From a plasmid, in the sequence record CP121101.1: 64,000 nucleotides of DNA. One strand, 5' to 3'. Positions 19,710 through 30,322 of the stretch are shown piece by piece (the first letter of the stretch is position 1; every line of letters begins with the position of its first letter). The notes beneath the pieces were generated by a model, which was given only the letters and a program-made list of their open reading frames with translations, did no database searches and was not told the DNA's origin. The position numbers and the translations under genes were made by a program.

Positions 19710-21762
19710 GCACCGGCCTGTTAGTGCTCCAAGCATCCCACGGGGGCCTTGTTCCACTTGTAATACCGGCACCACCCAGCCGGTACTGGCCAACTTGAGC
19801 GCCGAGCTCGCAGCAGCCCGGGGCCACCTGATGCACAGACCCGCCGGACCCAGTACCGGCACAACCCCGCCGGCAGTGGCCAACCTTGGCGACGAGCTCG
19901 CAGCAGCCCGGGGCCACCTGCAGCACTGACCCACCGGACGCAGTACCGGATCCACAGCCAACCTAGACGCCGGGACCGCGGAGGCCCGCAGCCACCTACG
20001 GCACCGGCAACACCGGACACTGCGCCAGATCCCCCCGCCAGCTGTCGCCACCCTGGCACCGAGAGCTCGGCGGCCCAACTGGCGCAGCACCTGATCACCC
20101 TGCCGGCACTGGCCACCTTGGGCGTCGAGCTCGCAGCGACCCGGGACCACCTGCAGCACAGACCCAACAGACGCAGTAACGGATCCCCCGCCGGCAATGG
20201 CCAACCTGGGCGACGAGCTCGCAGCAGCCCAGGGCCACCTGCAGCACTAACCCACCGGACGCAGTACAGGATCCCCCGCTGGCAATGGCCAACCTGGGCA
20301 CCGAGACTTCGGCGGCCCGCAGGACGCTGCACCGGCCTCCCACCCGGTCGACGGCTACTTTGGGTGACGATCTCGCAGTAGCCCAGTACCACCTGTTACT
20401 CCTTCCCACCGGGCGAAACACCGAATCACACGCCGGCTGTGGTCACCCTGGTCGTCGGACTCCCAGCGGCCCAGGGCCACCTGCTACTCCTTCCCACTAG
20501 GCGAAGCGCGCCGGGTCACCCCGCCACCGCTGGGTAACCTCTGCCCGAAACCGCAGCGACCCGAGGCCACCGGCAGCACAGACCCGCCGGACCCAGTACC
20601 GGCACCACCCCACCGGCAGTGACCAACCTGAGCGCTGAGACCGCGGCGTCCAGGGGCCACTTGCTGCACCGGCAACACGGGGCGCACAGACCCGCCGGAT
20701 GCAGTTCCGGATCACCCGCCGGCTGTGGCCCCCTGGGTGCCGGCTCGCAACTGCCCGGGGCCACCGGCTACACCGACCCAACTGGCGCAGCACCTGATCA
20801 CCCAGCCGGCAGTGGCCACCCAGGGCGTTGAGCTCGCAGTGGCCTGAGGCCACCGGAAGCACAGACCCGCCGGATGCATTACCTGATACACCCCGCCGGC
20901 GGGACCGCGGAGGCCCGCAGCCACCTGGTGCACCGACCCCCACCCGGTCGATGGCCACCCTGGGCGCCGGCTCGCAACTGCCCGGGGCCACCGGCTACAC
21001 CGACGACCAACAACTGGTGCAGTACCTGATCACCCCGCCAGCAGTGGCCACCCAGGGCGCCGGCTCGCAGCTGTACGGAGCTACCTGCAGCACCGACCCA
21101 CCGGACGCAGTGCCGGATCCACCCCGCCGGCGTTGGCCACCCTCGGCGCCAGGACCGCGGAGGTCCGCAGCCACCTACGGCACCGGCAACACCGGACACT
21201 GTGCCAGATCCCACCGCCAGCAGTGGCCAACCAGGGCGACGAGCTTGCATCTGTACGGAGCTACCTGCAGCACCGACCCACCGGACGCAGTACCGGATCC
21301 ACCCTGCCAGCAGTGGCCACCCTCGGCGCCGGGACCGCGGTGGCCCGCAGCCACCTGCAGCACCGACCCACCGGACGCAGTACCGGATCCACCCTGCCAG
21401 CAGTGGCCACCCTCGGCGCCGGGACCGCGGTGGCCCGCAGCCACCTACGGCACCGGCAACACCGGACACAGCGCCAGATCCCACCGCCTGCAGTGGCCAA
21501 CCTGGGCGACGACAAGCTCGCAGCAGCCCGGGGCCACCTGCTGCACCGGCAACACCGGACACTGCGCCAGATCCCACCGCCAGCAGTGGCCACCCAGGGC
21601 GTGGAGCACGCAGCGGCCCGGGGCCACCTGCAGCACAGACCCACCGGACGCAGTACCGGATCCACCCCGCCAACAGTGGCTACCCTCGGCGCCGGGACCG
21701 CGGAGGCCCGCAGCCACCTATGGCACCGGCAGCACAGACCCGCCGGGCGCAGTAACGGATAA
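19710..21762 (+). repeat. high-GC (about 70%) degenerate tandem repeat array, period about 90 bp, about 22 copies
   Basis: The unit CCGCCGGCAGTGGCCAMCCTGGGCG..GCAGC(C)CGGGGCCACCTGCAGCACCGACCCACCGGACGCAGTACCGGATCCACC is repeated with two alternating half-variants. The youngest copies (21.2-21.5 kb) are near-identical. Confidence 0.85.
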
Positions 21763-21798
21763 TAAAAATCCGCCTCAAGGGGCGGATTAGGTTTTTCC
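21763..21798. terminator. bidirectional rho-independent terminator
   Basis: AATCCGCC-TCAAGG-GGCGGATT hairpin, flanked by AATAAAAA upstream and AGGTTTTT downstream. Confidence 0.7.
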
Positions 21799-22076
21799 AA
21801 TTTCAATAAGTGGTGATCAGCGCGGTGCCCGGCAGCATCTTGACGCAGTTGGTGACGATAGGGCGTTGAGGTTCAATGGCCTTACCTGCCTCCTGCATTG
21901 ACTCACCAGCCTGCTGCAAGGCCTACAACAGTCGTCGATAAGCCTACGTAAGGGCAAGGCAAATACTGTTATCCATTCGGTCGGCAAAGCGTTCTGCCGG
22001 GTTTCTGCACTCGGCCAAGACGCCAGTACAACGGAGCCAAGCGCCATTTGCTTGATCTTCATTGGTGTTTTTTCTC

Positions 22077-22400
22077 TTACTTACCAACTTCGACTTGGGT
22101 ATCCGAAATCAGCTGCTGCATTTCTTCGATATGGCGGCGATCAGAGTCGTCTAGTTCGGTGCTCTCGGCCAGATAATCCAGATCTTCGGCCAGCCTGAAA
22201 GTCAAATTCTGCAACGTGGTAATCCGGCCCAGCGCCACAACCTGAGCCATCGTCAGCCCCTCCCAATTTGACCAGGGACATTCTGCAACAGGGTGCGCCC
22301 ATGTCTCCCCACTCAGGGTATCCGGCCCATTCCGGGGCTCTAGCTTCGCCCCACAACAACCGCAGTTCTGTTCAGCCATGCCGTATTCCCTCTTACTCAA
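22077..22400 (-). CDS. Cys-rich hypothetical protein (possible zinc ribbon)
   Basis: N-terminal CGCCGAKLEPRNGPDTLSGETWAHPVAECPW. Confidence 0.3.
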   Translation of the reverse strand: MSKREYGMAEQNCGCCGAKLEPRNGPDTLSGETWAHPVAECPWSNWEGLTMAQVVALGRITTLQNLTFRLAEDLDYLAESTELDDSDRRHIEEMQQLISDTQVEVGK

Positions 22401-22770
22401 GCCGCAAACGTTCTTGCGCCATCATTAGCTCATATCCGCTGATCCGATCTACCCCTTGAACATCACGTTTGGGTGATCGAATTTCCTTACCGTTAACTGT
22501 GCCCGTCAGTATCCACTGTCGAAGCTGGCCAAGCGATAGGCCCAACTGCTTGGCTGCATCGTCCATGCGCCATGAATACTTGAGAAGTAGATCATCTGCT
22601 ACTTGGTCAAAATTCCCGGCCAGCATCCGTTCCAGCGCACGACGAGCCAAGCCCTCAGCAATGTCTCCATAGCGGGCAGTGTTGTAAGTAACCCGCAGCC
22701 CATTGTACTGCGCCTGCCACTGGCCTGTTGCGGCCTTAAAGGAGAGTCCTTTAGGGAGTCGGTCGCTCAC
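22393..22770 (-). CDS. hypothetical protein (possible DNA-binding)
   Basis: ORF overlapping its neighbours; helical with basic patches. Confidence 0.3.
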   Translation of the reverse strand: MSDRLPKGLSFKAATGQWQAQYNGLRVTYNTARYGDIAEGLARRALERMLAGNFDQVADDLLLKYSWRMDDAAKQLGLSLGQLRQWILTGTVNGKEIRSPKRDVQGVDRISGYELMMAQERLRLE

Positions 22771-22796
22771 GGTTCCTTTACCTCAATATGACGGGC

Positions 22797-23246
22797 TTAA
22801 TGAGCCCACGACTGCGCGTTATATGGAGTCTCCAGCAGCTCACCACGAAGAATGCAGTCCCCTAAGAACGCAGCCCTCGATTCAACCCACTTCACCTCCT
22901 CTGGTAGGCAAGCTGCGAGGTCAAACATGCAATAGAGATGGCGTTGCCGGTACGTATCTTTTTCAGATTTGAGCCCATCACGTAAGGCTCGGATGCTTTG
23001 AACAATGATCACTTCTTGCCCGCGGTGCAACACGGCTACTCCGCATTTTCGTCCCAACCGACCCAGCTCAAACTGGTCTATGGCACCATCGGCGTAATCC
23101 AGTTCAACGATGCGGGCGGCCTGACCTTCAATCAGCTTAAGTGCAACTTCTTTGCTACCCGCTTGCAGAATATTCATCGTTTTTCCCAAGTAATCATCAC
23201 TCAATGTCATTTGTGGGTTCTTTACACCAGGCTCTAGATGTTCCAA
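22797..23246 (-). CDS. hypothetical protein
   Basis: ORF only. Confidence 0.3.
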   Translation of the reverse strand: MEHLEPGVKNPQMTLSDDYLGKTMNILQAGSKEVALKLIEGQAARIVELDYADGAIDQFELGRLGRKCGVAVLHRGQEVIIVQSIRALRDGLKSEKDTYRQRHLYCMFDLAACLPEEVKWVESRAAFLGDCILRGELLETPYNAQSWAH

Positions 23247-23448
23247 TGGCCACCACCCCCATCACTACGCCTGCCAAAAACACGCATAGAAAGGTCAAGC
23301 ATAAACTCTCATATCTAATTGATATATCGACCAAAACAATCAAAGAAAATATCGCAATAAGAACTATCAATCCAGCTATCGGATGTAACCTTATGCCTAA
23401 ATTTCTAACCGATGTTGGTTTACCATATTGTTTAAAGTTCAACCCCAT
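23197..23448 (-). CDS. small membrane protein
   Basis: Two TM helices (IAGLIVLIAIFSLIVLV, LTFLCVFLAGVVMGVVAIG). Confidence 0.25.
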   Translation of the reverse strand: MGLNFKQYGKPTSVRNLGIRLHPIAGLIVLIAIFSLIVLVDISIRYESLCLTFLCVFLAGVVMGVVAIGTSRAWCKEPTNDIE

Positions 23449-23458
23449 TTTCCCTCGA

Positions 23459-23800
23459 TCAGTTGCTTGTTGCTGCGAGCATATCAGCCGCCATGACGTT
23501 AGCCAGCTCGGGAGCCAATACTGTAGTGGCGCTGATCAGCCTGTACTCGCTCGTCTCATACTCGCTCGGCCAGCCTACCAGTTCGGCATGAACCTTGATA
23601 AGGCCGGACTTCGACAAACCAGCGCCGAGAGCTTCAATAAACTGCTTGTCGCCATCCTCGGCTATATCATCAAGAACCATCTTCCGCACATCCGCGTCAT
23701 GTGATGACACCTCAAGAACGGCACCGGCCGACCAGCTCACACCAAGTGCTATCAATGCTGTAAATGTCATTTCCATGGTCTTTGATTCCTTGCTTTCCAA
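23459..23800 (-). CDS. small secreted hypothetical protein
   Basis: Signal peptide MEMTFTALIALGVSWSAGA. Confidence 0.3.
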   Translation of the reverse strand: MESKESKTMEMTFTALIALGVSWSAGAVLEVSSHDADVRKMVLDDIAEDGDKQFIEALGAGLSKSGLIKVHAELVGWPSEYETSEYRLISATTVLAPELANVMAADMLAATSN

Positions 23801-24179
23801 TCAGCTTGCTTTCGCGTAAGGAGCCGGTGGTCTCCCCTTTCACGTATCTTCGACATTGCCGGTTCTTTGTAAAGATGCACACTCTACTTGTGCCGGCATT
23901 GTGTGGTTTTCACACAATGGCCATCAGTTTCTCAGTGCTAATTCTCCCACTGGTTTTACCAATGCAAGGCGGCCGCCCCTTCAACACAGGTATTCAGGCC
24001 GCCGACTCGCCGGACGCTGTGGACTTGATCTCTCAACCAGCTCGGCACAGGTCCGGGGCGATCCAGCCCTACCACACCGGCAGCGTAAACGCTGAACATC
24101 GATTAGCTCGGTGGTCCATTGCCACCTGCAGCCACTGGATGCTAATCCATATCACTGGTTGAGGTCGTTCTTAGCTCCG

Positions 24180-25150
24180 TGCACCAGATCAATGACACCA
24201 GAGCTGGCCGCTCTGGAGGCGCAGTAAGCACCATCGGATAAAGGTTCCCGAACTCTACATTCACCCCGGCAAGGGCCCTCAGGTCACCAGCCGTGTCGAC
24301 CCCAAATATCAAGCCGGTCGGCAGCTCGCTTCCACCTACAGTGCTAGCAGCGCCGAACTATACACCTGACCTCCGGAACCAGCCCTAACCACTCTGAACC
24401 TACGTACCAGCTCAGTGGTACCGGCGTGCCCCCTTGGATGCTGAGCTCACAGCGGCCCAAGGCATGTCAGATCCCTCCCCTCCTCTCGGCCGAAGCGAGC
24501 TAAACCGAGCCCTGGGTCCCGAGATCGGCATGCACACCGACAAAAGCCCACAACCATCCCCAGGCCCCTCCGCTCACCGGCACCGGTGCAGGTCTCCCAG
24601 GACGCCGAATCCACTGTGGCCAGGGGTCCGTAACATCTGGTCCTTCAAGGGTACTGGGTCCAGAACTCGGCAAGCACACCAACTAGATCCCGCCACCACC
24701 ATTGCAGGCCCCACTAAACACCTGCACCGACCCAGGATCCGTTGAACACTTCGCACAAGCTCACTGGTGCCCCCTTCCCTGAAATCAACCAGTAGGCATC
24801 CCACACCAGGTCACCAGCCCCGACGCTAGCCGCTCAGGGGGTGCCTTGAAAGACGCCGTAGCACAGAGGCCCGAATTCAGCATGCACACAGACAAAAGCC
24901 TGGGCCTAGCACACGAGTGAGATCTTCCGGGCCACTTGCTGTACCGCGAGCACATTGATAGTGCAGGCCAACACCAATCAGAACTGGGGGCTAATCAGGC
25001 GTGTGTTCAGGAGGCTGTGACTGGCGGGCTCGCCAGTGAATACCTGCAACTTGCTGACGGAATGGATTTGCCCGTCAGTGCGCTCATGGCGCCAGTTGCA
25101 TTGCGAAGATCTGGGGGATGATCGAAGTAAGCAAAAAAATCGTCTACGGG
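24180..25150 (+). repeat. degenerate copies of the same high-GC repeat family (about 355-bp higher-order period)
   Basis: The landmark GCATGCACACCGACAAAAGCC occurs at about 24524 and 24879, with the surrounding text matching the 43.9-44.8 kb region. Confidence 0.6.
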
Positions 25151-25158
25151 TGCTATAA

Positions 25159-28100
25159 ATGTCCTTTTTGAACGCAACGGCTTTCCTTGATTACTTGTTC
25201 TGCCCTCCCCTTTCAGGGCACAAAACAACCGTCATCGCAAAAACGGTGTCCCAAAAAATCAGGTGCAATATTGAAGCGATCAAAATTGTAAAGCGCTGCT
25301 TGGCTGATGGCTCGCTGGCTGTATCTGACGTCGAGCGTGATGTCCTTACTCAGTATACCGGATGGGGTCAACTATCAGGACTCTTTGAGCCAGAACACCC
25401 CCAGCATGCCGAATTGAAATCGCTAGTCACTCAAGCAGAATTCGCTGCGTTGGAAGCATCTGTATTGACCTCCTATTACACCTCCGAATGGATTATTGAT
25501 GCCATGTATCGTGCCGTGGCACGCCTGGGTGTGCAGGAAGGTCTATTACTCGATTTCGCTACAGGCTCAGGTAAATTTTTGGCGGGGCGCCCAGCGACTC
25601 TTTCAGCGATGAAATCCTTTGCTGTTGAGTTGGATGGCCTGACAGGGACTATCGCCCGCCTGCTGAACCCTGCAGCCAAGATCTATGTCAATCAGCCGTT
25701 CGAGCAAGTAAAGCTCCCGAATAGTGGCGACTTTTCCCTAGTTATTGGAAACCCGCCATACTGCTCTGTTCCTGCCAGGGATAGAGCATTTGGCACTCTT
25801 CCACTACATGCCTACTTTCTGATTAGGGGGTTGAGCGAACTGCACCACGGCGGGCTAATGGCTGTTGTCGTATCAAGCTGGGTAATGGACTCGAAAGATA
25901 ACGATGCGCGGCTATCTCTCTCGGCCAGGGGAAATTTGGTTGCAGCCTGTCGTCTGCCGAATTCGGTGTTCAAGGGTGAAGGAGCCAACGTTGTTACCGA
26001 TATTCTGGTCTTTCAAGCCTGCCAGCACCCGGAAGAAAACCCTTCATGGATCGACACCGTAGAGGTCAACGACGAAGCAGGCTCGGCATATCGTGTGAAT
26101 CGCTTGTTTGTGGATCGTCCTGAACTCGTCGCCGGCAAAATCTCAGCTCCTAGCACCTTCAATGTGTCTTGCAACGTTGCAGACCCTGGCCGTGATCTTG
26201 CGAGTGTTGTAACTGAAATCCTCGATATCCAGACTTCCAACCCCTTATTTTACCGTAAGTCTACGGTTCCAGTTGCAAGGAAAGGCGTCATTTCTGCCCC
26301 CGCTGGTATGAGCGATGTTGGGCCATATGAGTTTTGCCAAACTCCGGCGGGCGAGTTGATGCGTCGAGTGGCAGATCATGTTGATGAAAACGGGGCTAAG
26401 GTGCCCACGTTCCAACAGTGCGAGTTTAAATCAGCCAAGGATAGGCTGCGTATATCGGCCATGCTGAGAGTTAAGAGGGTCTTGGCATCACTCATCAACG
26501 CAGAGCAAAGCAATGCGCCAGACACCAGCTTGCGAGCTATTAGGGCTGATCTTAATGCAACCTATGACCGCTTTACTGCCGACTTCGGTCCGTTCCACGC
26601 CTCAAAAAACAAATCTGTACTTGGGGAAGATCCGTGGTATTACCGCTTACGTGCTCTCGAGCTGGACTACATCGCACCGATCAGTACCACGGTTGCCGAA
26701 AAGGAGGGCATCGCAGAGCGTAAAGAGCAATGGAGTAAGGGGGATCTGTTCACCCGCCGCGCAATCACTCCGTTGATCACTCCCAGCTATGCCGCGAACC
26801 TTGCCGACGCCGTGCTAATTTCCGTGAGCTACAAGGGTGAGGTCGATCTTTCATACGTTCGGGATCTGGTCGGCTTTAAAGGGACAGACCAAGAACTTTT
26901 GCATCAGTTGGCCGAACAATCTCTGGCATTTGCCGAACCAGATAGTGGCAACCTGGTCATTGCTGCAAAGTACCTTTCAGGTTACATCCCCAGCAAGATT
27001 GAGGCTGCACAAGGAGCGGCCGAATCCGACCCTCTGTTTGCTATCAATGTTGCCAAACTGCAGCGAGTCATGCCCTCCCCCATCAAGGCGGTAGACATTT
27101 TTGCACCGATGAACTCCCGTTGGCTGCCTAACCATTTCCACGCCGATTTTATCCGCCATCTGGTCGATCAGCCCAAATTGAATGCACAAGTTACCCTTAT
27201 CGACAACGAGTATCATGTTTCGCATGGCTCTCTTCCTCAAACCGTCTTAACCTCTGAATGGGGTACGCAGCGCCGCGATATGACCACCTTGCTCATTGCG
27301 CTTTTGAACAATCGCGCGATTGAGGTACGCGATCCACATCCGAGCATATCTAATACGACTGTTCCGAACCCGGACGAAACAATGGCCGCCCAACACAAAG
27401 CAGAGGAAATTAAGGCGGCCTGGGAGTCGTGGGTGCTGGATGATTCCGAACGCCGCAACGAAATTGAGCTTGCTTATAACGCACATTTCAACGGCTTTGT
27501 TGCCCCAAATATAATGGCTCACGCCTGCCTTTAACTGGTAGTGCAGTAGACCTATATCACACACAGAGAAACGCCATTGCTCGGGTCATTCATGAGTCGT
27601 GCACTTTGATCGATCACGCTGTCGGCGCCGGAAAAACGTTCACAATGATTGGCGCGGCAAGCGAACTAAGACGCATTAATAAATATGAGCGTGTAGTGCT
27701 GGTCGCGCCTAATCATCTTGTTGCTCAGCATGCCACCGCTGCACAATTTATTTTCCCTGGCATGAACATCTTTGTGCTCGATAAAACGATGATGACCCCG
27801 GCCACACGCCGCACAGCCTTAGCCCGCCTTGCAATGACAGACTTCGATCTATGCATCATCCCGCTGAGTGTGTTCGGGCTAATCCCAGCCCCTCACGATC
27901 TCTTAGTCGAAATGTTGGAAGCAGAGATTGATGATCTTCACCGGTGTTTGTCGGAGCTGAAAAATGAGCGGTTATCTGTACGCCGGATGCAGACGCGGAT
28001 CCAGCGCAAAGAAGCAGAACTCGAAGAACTGGTGAACAAACGCACTGATGAAATGCTCGACTTTGCTGACCTAAGGATCACAACTCTAATCATTGATGAG

Positions 28101-30164
28101 AGCCAATTCGGTAAGAACCTAAGTTATTCTTCATCCCTGCAAAGCGTTGCCGGCATGGGCCAGGCATCAGGCAGTAAGCGTGCCTTTGATCTATTTATCA
28201 AAAGCCGTGCTGTTCTGCGTGCCGGTGGGCGATATGTTGAGGCTACCGGAACACCAATCCTCAACTCCGTTGTGGAAGCACATCGACATCTGCGAGTGAT
28301 GGCCGAAGATTTTACTCAGTCAGCAAAGCTGACCCACTTTGACGCATTCAGTGCAGTTTTCGCCCAGCCAGTGACAGATTATGAATTGGCGGCGTCCGGG
28401 CGCGGCTACAAGATGAGAACTCGAATTAGTACATTCACAAATTTGACAGAGCTTCAAGCTATCTACTCAAGCTTCGCTGATGTAGTTACTTCTGAGCAGT
28501 TGCCTAATGTCTTGCCAAAACTAGCTGATGGCCGCAGTGCTATACCTCCCCTCACAGGGGGCAAGATCATCGAGCTGGTGATTGAACCCAATGAGCACCA
28601 GGAAAACGGCTTCGCCGAAATCGTCAGTGCATATTCTCGAGTCGATAACCGGGAGAACAACCCCCTTAAACTGCTCAACCGGGGGCGAATGCTCTCTCTC
28701 GATGCTCGGCTTGTGTACCCAGACGCACCGGACTACCAGGACAGCAAAATTAATACCGTAGTGCGCTACCTGCTCGAAAAATATCAAACGACAACTAGCG
28801 TTCGCGGTACTCAGATGGTCTTCATGGATCGCAGCATTCCCGCTCGCCATCGTGCCGGAGCTTCGAAAGAGTGGGCGGCAATATTCAACCTTGCTAGGCA
28901 GGGCGATGAAGAAGCGTTAGAGCGTATTGAAGGCCTAGACGAACTCGAACTTACCGCCATGGTCTGCAGTTCATTCAGCCTCTACGATGAGCTGGTAGAA
29001 AAATTGGTTGAGGGTGGCGTCCCCCGCAACGAGATCGCAGTGATCCACGATTACCGGACGGACACCAGAAAGGAAGCGTTGCGTGACATGATGAATGAGG
29101 GGCAGATCCGAATTTTGCTTGGCTCTACTGAACTGGCAGGCTCTGGGCTCAATATCAACCGGCGTTTGGTTTCGTTGGTTCACTTCGATCTCCCATATCG
29201 GCCCGGTGATTTGGCGCAACGAGCTGGCCGCATTGAGCGCCAAGGCAATCTGTTATGGGCGAATGACCCCGAGTTCACCATTGATATTGTTGTGCCAATC
29301 ACCCGTCGCTGTCTTGATGCTTGGCAACTGGGTTTGCTCAACACCAAGCAGCGCTTTATCAGCCGTTTCCGTCAACTCGATAGCTCAGTCCGGCACTACA
29401 CAGAGCAAAATGAAGCGATTGATTATGCCGAGTTAAGCGCCATCGTAGCCGATGACCCGCGAATCCTGGCTCATGTCAAAGGCAAAGCAAAGCTGCGAAA
29501 GCTTGAGGCAGCCCGGAATAACTGGTTCCGGAATCGCGTCAGATTGGACGACCAGGCACAATCCCTTGAGCAAAGAAGCGCAACCTTGGCGACCAAAATA
29601 CAGATGATTCGAGCCGATGCAGCTAACATTGCGGCCACGGCGGATGAGTTGTTGATCACTGTGGATGGTGTGACATATGAAAAAATGGGGGTGGATTCGA
29701 CGGCTACAGATCGTCTAAACATAACCGCCGCCGCCCCGGCTGTCGGTTCAAAATATGGCAGACTGAACTACCGTGCAGATATTGGCAGTCAACACGACAT
29801 GGCTACTTACCGGGGGGCTACTCTGGTCTATGAAAAGCCGTATTTCGCCAAGTTGTGCTTCGCCACCGAGTTCACAGTTCGCGGCCCCTCTGGTCATCAC
29901 TACGAGCTGAGAAATTTAGAGCGCAATAGCATTAACGCTGTGATGGCCGCCTTTGTCGTGCTCGTCGATACCTTGCCGCGCTTACCAAACATAGCCACGG
30001 CCCAAATGGCTACTTGGACAAAGAACGCTACCGACTATCGCACTGAGGCAGCGAAGCCATTCAGCGCCCAAGCAGAGCTTGATGAACTGATCCCATTTTT
30101 GCGGCAACTTGAAAAGGAATTGGCAGATTCAGCCACACATTCAGTAAATCAAATGGCCGCTTGA
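25159..30164 (+). pseudogene. giant fused N6-adenine DNA methyltransferase / SNF2-like SF2 helicase (about 1660 aa) with an apparent frameshift near 27500
   Basis: MTase motif I DFATGSGKF and motif IV GNPPY lie in 25159..27534. Helicase motif I GAGKT, motif II DESQ and motif VI QRAGRIERQGN lie in 27606..30164. The helicase frame is open back to 27483 and encodes the Q-motif-like LYHTQRNAIARV, so the two ORFs were once contiguous. Confidence 0.75.
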
Positions 30165-30322
30165 GGAATGATGTACCCCCCCACCTGCTGACAGGGGGGT
30201 TGTTCATTGACGAAAGATATTCGTCTGCTATTTGATAGCCCCAACTAATGATTATTGGTTTGCCCTCCCTTGCATTGACCGATGCCGTGGGATCATAACC
30301 CCATTGAAACCAGAATGGGGTT

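Noticed and set aside
19710-21762. A possible CRISPR array, because the repeats are regular.
   Set aside because: The whole 90-bp unit is repeated with no unique spacers, the units are degenerate and GC-rich, and no cas genes are nearby.
19710-21762. Each unit contains PstI, BamHI, SacI, SmaI and SacII sites, which looks like a synthetic multiple-cloning-site concatemer.
   Set aside because: GC-rich palindromic hexamers are expected by chance in 70% GC DNA. The units are degenerate rather than identical, and flanking ICE sequence continues on both sides. The possibility of an artefact still needs a BLAST check.
19705-21806. Many overlapping ORFs of 70-320 aa on both strands within the repeat array.
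   Set aside because: In 70% GC sequence all six frames stay open. Most lack ATG starts and ribosome-binding sites, and they overlap one another. Only the frame that ends in TAA TAA before the terminator is discussed as possibly meaningful.
23141-23704. Plus-strand 187-aa ORF.
   Set aside because: It is antisense to three compact minus-strand genes that have signal or TM features, and its own product is low-complexity.
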